Shown here one piece after another: positions 1-11,446 of a stretch of DNA of 55,673 bases. Position 1 is the stretch's first letter; each line of letters starts with the position of its first letter. Position numbers and translations under genes: made by a program. This stretch comes from Thelocarpon superellum (Eukaryota): positions 62,001 through 117,673 of the forward strand of contig JAPEUG010000005.1 of assembly GCA_026025795.1 (NCBI GenBank). The letters run 5' to 3'. The notes beneath the pieces were generated by a model. The model saw only the letters and a list, made by a program, of their open reading frames with translations. It was not told where the DNA came from and did not search any database.

Positions 1-39
1 TTAGCCTCTATCAAGGATTGTTCGTTTCCCCCCTCCCCC

Positions 40-2359
40 CTACTCCTCACTCTCCTCTTCCTCTTCATCTTCCTCCTCGCTTCGCTCCGCAATCACCACC
101 TCCTCTGCCCCATCCCCGACCTCATCCTCATCCTCATCATGCTCCTCAGCCAAGTCTGCGGGTTCAGGAGGAGCAGCACGGACCCCCAACCAAGGAAAGG
201 CCCGAGCCAAGAGGGCCTGAAAGGACGATTCGAGCTGTACGCGCGCGTGTCCCCGGGCTGCACGTTCGGCGGCGAGTCGCTCTTCTTCTTCTGGGTCCAA
301 TCTGGCCTCGGGTGCTTCTGCGTCGCGGGTCGCTTCGTCGAAGACGGAGGGGCCCCTTCCACCCCCTCGGACTTCGCGCTCGTTGAAGTCACCCCAGTTG
401 GTTGCAGCCTCGTCGGAATCATCCTCGTCGGATCTGTTCCCGCCCTGTCCGCGTCCAAATGCAAGTCCAAGCCGTTGCGTGGCGTTGGTCGCGACCGGAG
501 AGGCGCTGTAGGACGGGATGGAGTCGGAGGGCGGAAGGGGATCAGATGCGAAATTGACCTGGTCCGTCAAGGCGCGCGGGAGGAGCTGGATGATGGTTGG
601 GTCGTCGGTGAGGAGGGCCTGGCGCGCTTCGAAGACCAGGATGGCCGAGGGCTCTCGGACCGGCGCCGGCGTGAGCACCGTCTCCGAGATCCCCGCCACC
701 TCCATCAGCAGCGCCGTGGCCTCGGGCGGCGTCCAGAGGTCCTTGGCGCTGCGCACGTACATGGCTGCGAAGAGCTGTTCGTTCTCCGTCCGCGGCTCGC
801 AGCCCCATACCGACGGCGGGATGCGCGTGATGTTCAGCGCACGGAACAGCTGCACGAAGATCCACGGCGCGGCGGTCAGCGCGTTGAAGAGCGTGCGCCG
901 GCTAGTGTCGTGGTTCTCGAGCTGCTGGTGCGCGAGCGCCAGGGAGATGTTGACGCTGGCCGCGGCAATGGCGGGCGAGTCGCGATATAGTCGGCTCTGC
1001 GCGAGCTCTTGTACTTGCCGCGGCCGTCGTGCCCGCAGCGCCATCTGGTCGATGACGAGCCGCAGGCAATAGGGGTCGTGGATCGGGTCCAGGCTTAGCA
1101 GCAGCTTCGTCCACTCAAACGCCGTTCGCCATGTCCCACGTTGCCCGAGATTGCCCACATATCTCCATCCCGCCAGCCAGAACTCGCGGTTCTCCGGCCG
1201 TCGGAAATCCAGGCCCGCCTTGCCTTGCGAAAGTTTCGATGCGAAGCTCGAGTGCACGGCGCGCCCGAAGGAGAAGAGGGCTCGCTCGAGCAGATCGCCC
1301 GAGGTCGAGTAGTCCTGTTCTTGCTTGGCGATCTCGGACACTTGTAGCAGCGTGGAGATGTGGTATGCTTCAGGGCGTCAGCGTACCAGCGCGGGCGTGC
1401 CTGCGTGAACGGGTTGGCTCACGGTTGAACTGAAGTAACTGGACCATCCTCTCCGGATCCAACGACTCCACACAGACCTCAAACTGTCGCTGTACATCTT
1501 GGTACGCGGAGTTGTGCACGAAGCGGTATTCGGTGTATCCGTCGTCTTCTTTGGCCACCACCTCCATTCCCAATCCACCCCCGGTCCCTCGAGGCCATTC
1601 CTCCTTGCCGGCGATGAAGATGTTTCGCCGTAAGCCTAGTCCTGCAAGACCCCGACCCCCAGCCAGGTGCTGTCCACCCACCGCACCCGCCAGGCCGGTC
1701 TGCTGGCCGCCTCTCCCCCGTCGTCGCCCCACGGGAGCACCACCTCCCCCGTTGCCATCTGACTCCAGCGCAGCTCGCCCAAACAAGCGGCGCATCTCAT
1801 TGGCCACGTTGAGGTGCTGTGCCTCCACGGCCAGGAGAGCGGACAGTTTTTCCAGCTCCGGGTCCAGGGGAGTGATCTCCACGCCTTGTTCGGATGGTTT
1901 GGTGCTTTTCGTCCGAAGGGACCGTAGAGCCAGGTCGATGTCGTCGAGCTGTGAGCCGGACTTGATGGACGTCGTCTCTGATATCCGCCCATGACCAGTT
2001 GTCTGCGCTCCGCCTTTCGTCCCCTTCTTGCCCGCACCTTTCTTCTTCTTTTTCTTCTTCGCTGTGCCGCTTCGACCCTGAGCTGTTGACGTCTGCTCTT
2101 GTTGGGGGGTCTTTGTAGTCCTCGATTCTCCTACTCCCTCATCCTCATCCTCATCCTCATCCTCATCTGCCTCGCCGTCCTCCTCGTCTCCTTCGCCACC
2201 TTTCTCTTCCCCGAGCACGAGGAAGAGACTCGATTTGGCGGCAAGCGCCGGCTGGACATCTTCTTCGTCCGATGCCCAACCAGCCGCCTCGCTACTATGT
2301 ACTTTTGCTTGTTCCTCTTCTCGACGGCGTTGCGCCTTACGCAGAGCTCGAGAAGACAT
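40..2359 (-). CDS. RQC1: Ribosome quality control complex subunit Rqc1 / TCF25 (Nulp1) family protein, 2 exons
   Basis: ORFs 1370..2362 and 40..1341 join through a GTGAGC...GCTGAC...AAG intron (1368-1422), giving NPYHISTLLQVSE. Motifs MSSRALRK, KEEWPRGTGGGLGMEV, F.H...YQ.VQ.QF and RGTWRTAFEWTKLLLSLDP..DP are typical of TCF25/Rqc1. Confidence 0.9.
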
Positions 2360-2526
2360 CACGAAGGATGTCCACTTCTGAGATGCTAATATGCGGAAAT
2401 GAGGGACCCATTTGGATGGGTCTTGTGGAATGTGTCACTATGTGTCACTGCATACATGGGGATATGCTCTGCGGAAGTACTTCCGTACACAGTTCAGCCT
2501 TATCCGAGTCCGAAGTAACATACTCG

Positions 2527-2616
2527 TGTAGGAGCGCGCACGTGATCTGGTCACGTGCCCACTCCTATTACTATCCCGACTACGCGTAGGTTAGCAATAC
2601 AGCTCTGATTCCTACA
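2527..2616 (-). mobile_element. 90-bp miniature non-autonomous element, copy 1 (inverted relative to copies 2 and 3)
   Basis: Ends TGTAGGA...TCCTACA. Flanked by direct repeat CTCG (2523-2526 and 2617-2620). About 89% identical by manual alignment to the reverse complement of 19041-19130. Confidence 0.85.
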
Positions 2617-2993
2617 CTCGTACATTTATCTGTATCCGTGGTCCGGGTACGTGAATTAGGCGATGGACCAATACGAGACGAGACAAGCCAATGACATAAT
2701 CACTCCATCGCGGCATTCCAGCACCTTGGAGACCTTGAGCCTCGTTCGCTGGAGAATCGAAGACCGACCTGTCGCGCTCAATAGATCATCTTGCCGGTAC
2801 ACTGGCCTGTACACTGCATAGCTGGAGATTTTCATGGTCATTTGAACTCCAAACGTAGGTGGACATGCACCGTGAGCGACCGTCTCCAACAGATACAGCA
2901 GCGATCAGCGGTCTCGAGCCACCTCTCTTTCTCTGATCACACCTGTTTCCGAGCTTCTCCTCCTCCAGAACCTCAGCAACGTCCAGTCTCCTG

Positions 2994-5033
2994 ATGCGTC
3001 GAGCAACGGTCCAAGCCTTTCGGACTGCTCGGCGATCATATGGACGGAGATTGATCCACCATCGTCCATCCGTCCCACGACCGTCCAGCTACTTGTTAGC
3101 TTTCCGATCTGCCTCGTCGTCCTCCCGAAGAGAGCATGCCGCACTATCCACCAGACCGTCCATGTACTTTCGAAATTTCTCCGTCGCCCTCGTGTCGACG
3201 TTGGTCGCGTCGGGAGCCTGGTACGCTTACCGTGACGCCTCTCCATCCTCGGCGAGCGCCATCTTCAACCTGACCAACGCCTCCGTCTCGCACTTTACCG
3301 AGCCGAAGAAGGGGTTGACGTCGAGCAGCGTCTATTCCACCTCCGAGCAGGCGACTCCAGGGGGACCGACCGCGGAAGAGGCAGCTGGGTCAGAACGGCG
3401 TGCGCTGGTGGTGGAAAACGACCAGTTCTACACGGGCACTGTCGTGGGCAACGGACCCTTGGAGAAAGCCACGGACGATGCAGGGCGCAAGGTGCTAGAG
3501 ATGTTGACCCCGGAGCAAGTCACGGCGAAGCTCCGAACGAACGAAGAGTCATATTTGGTGGGCCGAGGACGGGGCGTGGTGCGGTATGACGTGGTGCAGA
3601 TTCCCAGCAACGATCCGATCGAGGACGATCATGCCGAGAAGATTGTCGAGGTGCCGCCAACCGTCGCCGCCGCGGAAGAGGGTATGTCCAGCAGCGATTG
3701 GATGTTCTGGGGGGTGTACGATGGGCACAGGTAGGGAGGTCATCGACGGTGGAGGTGCAACGCTGACCTGGCGCAGCGGATGGACCACCTCGGCCAAGCT
3801 CCGCCAGGTGCTGATCAGCTTCGTGGCACGCGAGCTCAACGCGACATACAAGGCGGCGCTTGCTGACCCGGCCGTGACGGTGCCCACCCCGGAATCGATC
3901 GACGCGGCAATCAAGAAGGGATTCGTACGGCTGGACCACGAGATCATCCACGAGAGCGTCGACAAGGTGTTGAAGGCCAACTCCAAACGGGTGGCCGCCG
4001 AGCTCCTCGCCCCGGCTCTCTCGGGCTCCTGTGCCCTCCTCTCTTTCTACGACAGTCGATCCAGACTGCTCCGAGTCGCCTGCACGGGTGATTCGCGCGC
4101 GGTCCTGGGCCGACGAGGGGCAAGCGGGAAATGGGTCGCGACGCCGCTCTCGGTCGACCAAACCGGCGGCACAGACGAAGAAGTGGCACGACTACGACGC
4201 GAGCATCCCGGCGAAGAGAACGTGGTACGCAACGGCCGGATCCTCGGTGGTCTGGAGCCCTCGCGCGCGTTCGGCGACTCCTTCTACAAATGGACGCGCG
4301 AGACGCAGGAGCGAATCAAGGGGTCTTTCTTCGGCCGCACGCCCTCTCAGCTCTTGCGCACCCCCCCCTATGTCACCGCTGAGCCAGTGGTCAGCACGAC
4401 CAAGGTGGATCCAGCCAAGGGCGACTTTGTCGTCATGGCCACGGACGGGCTGTGGGAGATGCTCACGAACGAAGAGGTGATTGGCCTTGTGGGCCAGTGG
4501 CTCGAGAAGCAGGCCGCGGGCCAGATCAGCACCGAGAGCACCAGCGCCTCCTGGCTCCGCAGCTGGTTTGGCCCGTCCAAGGGCGGTCTTCCCGTCGAGA
4601 AGCAGGGTCAGGCGCCTCTGGGCGACGGCCATGGGCCGGACAACGGCCAACGCACGCCCATCCGCCAACAGCAATGGGGCGTCAGCGGGGACGAAGACAA
4701 GCGCTTCGTGGTGGAGGATCTCAACGCCGCCACGCATCTGGTTCGCAACGCCTTGGGCGGCAGAGATCGCGACACGGTGTGTGCGCTTTTGACGCTGCCG
4801 AGTCCTTATTCGCGACGGTATCGGTGGGTTCTTGCCTCTTAGCTATGATGAGAAATCTCGTCCCCTCTTGTGCGTGACTTGGGGCGAGGCTAATATACAT
4901 GGGTGATGACAGGGACGATCTGACCGTTGAAGTGATCTTCTTCGGCGAAGGCGACAAAAGCGGAAACGTGGTGGTGAACCGTGAAGCTAGTGCTTCTTCG
5001 TCTGGAGGTGATCCGATCAAGGCGAAGCTATGA
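2994..5033 (+). CDS. PTC5: PP2C-family pyruvate dehydrogenase phosphatase (Ptc5), 3 exons
   Basis: Arg/Ser-rich N-terminal presequence plus a hydrophobic segment. PP2C motifs SNDPIEDD, FWGVYDGH(S)GW, VACTGDSRAVLG, LEPSRAFGD, MATDGLWE and RDDLTVEVIFF. Introns 3731-3776 and 4824-4912 restore the frame. The protein ends ...GDPIKAKL*. Confidence 0.92.
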
Positions 5034-5122
5034 TTAGGGCAGGATAAGAGTGTGGAAGAGAGTAGATGATATACCAAAGCAAGGAGGAAGCAAGCGAAAT
5101 CTCTCTACAAGTCGTCCGTAGA

Positions 5123-7488
5123 TCATTCCTCGCCGAGGATCGAACAGGGTGGTGATGACAACAGCGATGGTGGTGGAGGTAGGAGTGGTGATGATGATGA
5201 CGGCCAGCGTGAAGCGTCATCCCCGCCATCGTCGTCGCCGTCGCCATCGCCGAGAACAGACATGGTCTCAGAAAGCGCGCAACCTGTTCCACTCCCTCTT
5301 GCACCCCTTCTCTCGTCCTCTTCTTGTTCTGCGTCGGCCCAAAAGGACGACGGAGTCGACAGAGGCATTTCGCCCAGGACCGAGAAGGAGCAGGGACTCG
5401 CGCGAGACCGTGGACCATGCCCGTAGCTCGTTCCCAGCTGCGCCTCCCCGTCCACGCCCATGTCCATCTCGCTGTCCCCCCTGAGCTCAGACATGGAACT
5501 ACTGACATCATGACCCGAATCCCGTCCTGAGCTGGCTTGCGACGTCCATGAGAGAGAACACGAGAGCGCCATGTCTTCGGCTAACTGGGACAGCGAGGTC
5601 GTGGACGTATGGCGCGAGGGGAATCGGGATCCTCCGGTTGATATGCATCGCCGCGTCGTAGTGGACTGCAGAGTGGAAGTTGGTTGGTGCAGCCATTGAT
5701 TCGTGCTAGGTCTGGATATGGACAGTCCTGAAGCCGAGGCGCGGTCCGCGGAAATATGAGGCCAGATTCCTGTCGTTTCTTCTTCGAGATCCGACAGGTC
5801 CTGCATGTCCTCTGAGGCGTTTGTGCCCTGTGAGATTGTCCGTTGTTCTGGAAGCTGCTCGGTGGTCTCCATACGTGTCGCTTGTGTCTGCTCTTCCTCC
5901 ATCTCCTGCGCATCCTCTTGACTTCGTTCTCTTGCTCTTTGCCTGTCGACAGCGATTCGCATCGCCAAGTCTCTGCTGATCTCGTTGATGTTCAACTCGT
6001 CTCGAGACCAAGTCGTGTCTGCTCCATAGGAGGGTGATGACGACGACGATATTAAGCCGGTAGACATCTCCCGTCGTCTCGTAATTTTATCCTCCTCTCG
6101 TAGCACCTCAAGTGGTTTCAGGCTCCGTGCGGTCTCGGGATTAAACATGCCCTTTTGCAGAATCCGCCATAGACGCACGCGAAGCACCTTTCCTAATCTC
6201 GCGCTCGTCCTCTGACCCGCTCCTGGCACAGTCTCTTCTTCCTCGTCCTGCAATCCCTCGCGTAGGTGGCCGATTTGCAGAATTTGGTTTCGTAATGAAG
6301 CTGAGCTGGTTCGCCGACTGACGCTCTCAAGAGCGTGCGAGATCAGTGGGATAAAAGGAGCTCTTTGCGCAACAGCCTTTCGTCACCCTGGTATCAGTCA
6401 CGCACCAGCGACATATGGTCCGGTGGACTCACCGGTAGGTACTCCGGGCTCCACAGTGCTGGAGCAATGACGGGTAGCTTGCGCCCCTCTTCACCTCCCA
6501 ACACCCTTATGTTTCGCGCCATCTTCCTCGGCCGAATGGTGAACAGGCTTCTGAGTCCCGCGTCGACCATGCTCATGACGCTTGATGATGTTTCCCACTC
6601 GGCCGGGCGTTTCCCCTGGTGCTCCTCATGGCTATTTTCAGCCGCGTCCATACCCAGCTGCCGCTTCAGAGGCCGCAGCTCCGTGTGCCATTGACGTGGC
6701 CCCGACGTTGCCCCTGACTGTGAGGTAGCTGGAGAGCCATATTCCGTACTATCCCCTGACTCCGACGTGATCAATGGTCGTGTTAGGTCTGCCACGCGAT
6801 CAGAGCTATTCGGAGACGAGGCTGACGACCGACGGCGACGGATACATCGCTGAAGGTTGGGCCTCGTCCTCTTCAGCCGCTGCTCAATGACCGGCGAGGT
6901 CGTGAGTTGCAGGTGCATCCGTACTTGCAACTGGGTCATCTCCACCACGGAGACTCCTGGTGGAGGTACCACATCACCAAACGTGGGGGGCTCATGACCA
7001 TAGCATTTTATCTTCCCTCGAGGTCGTCCGTCATTGTGGGATCCTTCTCGTTCGGCGTGACTCAGGGAGATGATGATCTCATTGGATCCCGCCTCAGAGA
7101 CGATCTCAGGACTCCTCGACGATGGTAAGAGGTATAGCTGTGTCCAGAGCTGGCAATCGTCAATGCAATATCGACCACAGCCCAGGTGAGCATACCCTAC
7201 CTTGGCCGTCATAAGCATCTGAGTCGTGCGTGCGATAAGACCCGGGGGGGGCTCATCCCCAGTTAGTAGCTGAAGACGGACATGTAGACCGGCACCCCTC
7301 TTCACCCACGCTTCTCCCGAGGTCAGCACATCGCTGGAAGGGGCGACGGTCGGAGCACCATGGGCCGCCGAAGACGAAAAATGGGCACGGGGAATGAGAT
7401 GGAGGGTATGTTTAGATTGGGCGTCATAGATCGTGAGCCTCCCCAGCTCGAGAGAGAAAGACGCCATGGAGGCGAGAGCAATGTGGCA
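5123..7488 (-). CDS. Conserved fungal hypothetical protein, multi-exon; 5' end uncertain
   Basis: Long ORFs 6394..7728 and 5123..6253 are joined by a GTGAGT intron starting near 6432, giving APALWSPEYLP/AVAQRAPFIPLISHAL. C-terminus is low-complexity. The start was chosen at MASFSLELG because the upstream part of the ORF overlaps the TatD 3' end. Confidence 0.55.
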
Positions 7489-7667
7489 CCAAGGTCCACG
7501 GAGACTGACCCTCATCGTATGGGAGACGGGCAACACGCGGATTCGGTACCGGAGAGAACTGAACATGACACCTACCATCGTACCCGGGCATGCACAGCTA
7601 TGGACCGTGACTAGGACCTGATGTCTTTCTTCGGTGAGATGTTCGATATTCGCCTTGGCTTCTGCAT

Positions 7668-8810
7668 TCATGCTGCTTCCTCCACCACCGTCTCGCCGAG
7701 ACCAAACATCTGGACCGAATTCCGCCACGTCGCCTCGGCCACCTGCTGGACGGGGACGTCCTTGATCCTGGCCACAGCCTGCGCAACGCGGACGATCATG
7801 GCCGGCTCATTACGACCTTTGACCATCAGGCCACGCTCGAATTTTTCCTTCTTTACGGCCTTGACAAGCGGCGGTGCTCCTGGATCATTCACGTAGCTGG
7901 CCGACGCATGGCTGGCTCGGATTTCACACTGTTCTCGTCGACGTCAGCGAGGCTCTACTGCCGCGATGAATCAAGATGGATTGTCCTCACCCATGGCCCG
8001 TCCGTCTCAATCTGCATGCGATCTAATGGAATTGCTTTGACCACGGCCACATTCTCCTCGGTCTTCATGCTGCATCCATTGACACCAACATCCAGGCCCA
8101 GATCCAACATCCGCTGCATCTCGTCTAAAGTGCCAGTAAAGCTATGGACGAGCCCTCTCTTTGGAATCTGCGCCAGCTTCGGACCCAACAATCGCTCGAA
8201 ATCCTCGCTGGCGGCTCGAGAGTGCAGGAAGAGGGGCAACTGTAATCGGACGGCCGCCTCGAGCTGCTTCTCGAAGTACTTCAGTTGTAGAGGCTTGGAG
8301 GCCAAGGAGAGACGATCGTAGTCGAGACCAATCTCGCCGAAAGCCACGGCGGCGCCTGATGCGTGGGCGTCGCTTGCCAGACGTTCAAGGTCCCGAAGCA
8401 TGGCGTCAGGACCAGCTGCGCCCTCGTCGAACTCTGCGGTCGAGCAGGGATGTACGCCAATGGTGGCATAGCAGAGTCCAGCTAGAACATGGTCAGACGG
8501 GGTGCGGCGAGGGGGGTAGAAGGCTGACGGTGCTGTTGGGCAAGTGCAACGGCTTTCTGTGACTCCTTCAGACTAGACCCGGTGACCATGAGCTTGGTGC
8601 AACCGACGTCGAGTGCGCGTTTGAGGACATCTTCCAAGTCGTCCTCGTGTGCTCGTTTTCCGTGATAGACGCCTCGAAAGGTGGGATCCGTCAGATTGAT
8701 CGCGACCTGGCTCTGGGTGTTGGTGGACGTCAGAAGCAGACGGGCGATGGACCTACATCTGCATATCGGAGCTTGGGAGATGGCTCATCCGGAGGGGCAG
8801 CGGCAATGCT
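7668..8810 (-). CDS. TatD-family DNase, multi-exon; start codon not resolved
   Basis: Exons encode KLRYAD/VAINLTDPTFRGVYHGKRAHEDDL, VAFGEIGLDYDR, LPLFLHSRAA, GLVHSFTG, MQIETDGPW and VKGRNEP, all TatD amidohydrolase motifs. Confidence 0.9.
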
Positions 8811-9342
8811 CACTGTCACAGGAGGAGATCAGTTATTCGCCATAAATCCATCAGGTTACGAGTGGGTCGGCATACTCCTGGAGGCCGCAATTGGCCTTGT
8901 TGTCGGATTTGGGCACCGGGACGGCCTTCCGCCGAACGCACGCACTACCAGAGAAGGCCTGGCATGGCAGCGAAACATCTACGCATTATGATTGGTGTGG
9001 TTGGATCGGAGGAAAGAAGGAGGTACGAGACGCTGTGCTGCGACCGTATGTCATCTGCGTCGCAGCTCTCACCGCCTTCGCCTGGCCCAATCACCGCCGG
9101 ATCGAAATCTTCCCACGTGGGCTTCATGCCGCATCTGAGACGTTCCGGCGGAGTACTTGCAAGGTCACACCCTGTTCTACGAAATCCGTGTCTCGCTCCA
9201 CACTCATGTAATACATATGGAAGGATGGTAGGTGGGTATGACTGGACGACGTCGCGTCTGCCCCGGCAGTGAGCATCTGATTGGATTTGTCATGCGTCAT
9301 CAAGCGCAGAGAGGAAAGTGGAAAGGACGTGGCACGAAAGGC

Positions 9343-10273
9343 CTAGATCTCGGTCTCGTTGGCATCTGCGGCGTCCTGAGTCTCCGTCTCCTTTCCCTTC
9401 TCCTTGTCCACCGTGCCTTTGGCGACTTTGGCCGTGCCGACGCCGTCTTTGCGCGTGGCAGGACTCCGGGCGTCGGAATCGTCGTCGTTGTATTTGCGTA
9501 ACAGCTCGGCCACGTCTTTGTTCTCGTTCTTCTCCGTCACCAGATTCTTCAGCCACTTATTCTCCATCTTCAACTGGTGGATGATGATTTCCAGCTGTGT
9601 GTTTTTCTCCGTCTGCTCCTTGACCGATTGTTCCAGGGCCTGCTCGCGTTGCTTCTTCTTCACCCGAAAGCGCGCGCTCGCTGCTGTGTTGCGCCGACGC
9701 TTGTCCTCCTCCGCCAACTGTCGCGATTTCTCGTCGCCGGACGCACCGTTGGGGTCGAGCGAGGTCGAGTTTGCCGGGCCCAGACCGAGCGGAGACGACA
9801 TCAGGTTCGTCGTGGGCGAGGTGGCCGTCGACGACGACGTGTTGGGGGGTGGGTAGGGGGCTTGCTGAAGGCCGGGGCCCATGACGACCTGGTCGTCATT
9901 CAGGAGATCTTCGTAGCCGGAGAAGTCGGTGAATGGATAGGACCCTGCATACCCGCCACATCGTCAGTCGGGCGGCGTGGCGAGGAGAGATGGCGACGAT
10001 TGGCATGGGAGACATACCTGCGATGTAGTGCATGCTCGGCATCCCGGCGCGTGGGCCTACGGGGCCGCTGCGGCTAGAGCGGCCGGGATGGTAGGGCACG
10101 GAATTGCCCGCCATACCTTCGGGCATCTCATTCAGATCGAAGAATTCGGTATTGGTGAACTTGGCCAGCTCATCATCTAGATTGAAGGTCTCTTGCTGCT
10201 GGAGCGCCAACTCTTGCGGGGTAGGAATGGCGTTGAGGTCCGCGATGTACGGGCGATTGGCGGCTCCAGACAT
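9343..10273 (-). CDS. metR: bZIP transcription factor, sulfur-metabolism regulator MetR/CYS-3 type, 2 exons
   Basis: Basic region EEDKRRRNTAASARFRVKKKQREQALE plus a zipper ending ENKWLKNLVTEK. N-terminal DDELAKFTNTEFFD motif. Intron 9945-10017 (GTATGT...CAG) puts both ORFs in frame. Confidence 0.85.
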
Positions 10274-11446
10274 GTTGGTGAGATCGACTCGACCCAGGTC
10301 GTGGTGCCTCCGGCGATGCGCACGTGTCGCGACCTGGACCTGGTCGCAGTGCTGCAGCCGAGGTGTCCAGATGGTGCGAGTGGAATGGACGAGAGTCGAA
10401 TGTCGCTCGCTGGACCGACGATCGATGGGTTCTGGATGAGGGGGAAGGATAGATGTGATGGAGGGATGGATGGTTGTATGTCGAGGGCGAGGTGGGCTAG
10501 TGACGATGGTGTGATGGTGTGATTCCGCTACCAGTCCGTCGCTGGGTGGTGGGGGTGGGGAGCGTACTCTAGTGGAGTGTGGAGTGCGCAGCGGGGGTCT
10601 CTTTGCTTTTGCTCATGCTCCTCCTTCGCGGGCAATTTGCGATTACACCCTGCTACCGGGCCGAGTAGCGGGCGCCTCAGGCTCTGGGGAAGAAGGCGGC
10701 CTGCAGGCCGGCGTGACGGCGTGACGGGCGTGAAAGGGAAGTGTAAAGCCCCACCTCGGCTCCAACGTTGCCTGGAATGAGCCTAGCGCAAGGATTGAGT
10801 GATTAGTTAGTGACTCCCGCTCCGTCGTCGCCCGTCACCGTCGCCCGTCATCGGCGCCCGTCGCTTCCACCCGCTGACATATCTGGGTGGACGGTGAGTG
10901 CGACTCGGTCAGCACCTCATACCGTTGGACGTTGCTTTCCACTCTGCCACTGACTCCGCTGGCGGCCGTCAAACTCTTGAAACGGAAGTAGGTCATCTTC
11001 CGTACGGGGTTGAGTAATCTGACGCATGGCTTTCCTGGATGGGATTCCAGCACCTCCACCACGACCGTTCAATGCCGACGTGCGCGGTACAAGGAACTTT
11101 GTACGTACAAGTACATCGTACCGTTTCTGCCTGACCCCCACCCTCAGCGACGACCGGCTGCATGGTCCGAAGCTACCCGAGCCTAGGCGCCGGAGAGTGT
11201 CACGGCGGGATCAGACACGGGTCACGTGCCGACGTCTGTTTGTCGCGTCGCCTGTGCGTGGTGGATCTCGGTAGGGCTGCGGGTAGGTGCGCGACGTGGG
11301 ATAGACAATCGGGTGGGATCACGGGCATCGGAATCAAGGGTCAACACGGATCGCTGGGGCAGCATGAGGCCAGCTCGACCACGTACTCGTTCCAATTGCA
11401 ATCGCGTTGCTCTCGGTGAAGGCCGCCGGTCCCGGAGTCGTGCGCC

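Noticed and set aside
139..1072. Long + strand ORFs antisense to RQC1, and similar shadow ORFs over the monooxygenase, SOK1, palA and the secreted protein
   Set aside because: Typical antisense or alternative-frame ORFs of GC-rich coding DNA, with no motifs of their own.
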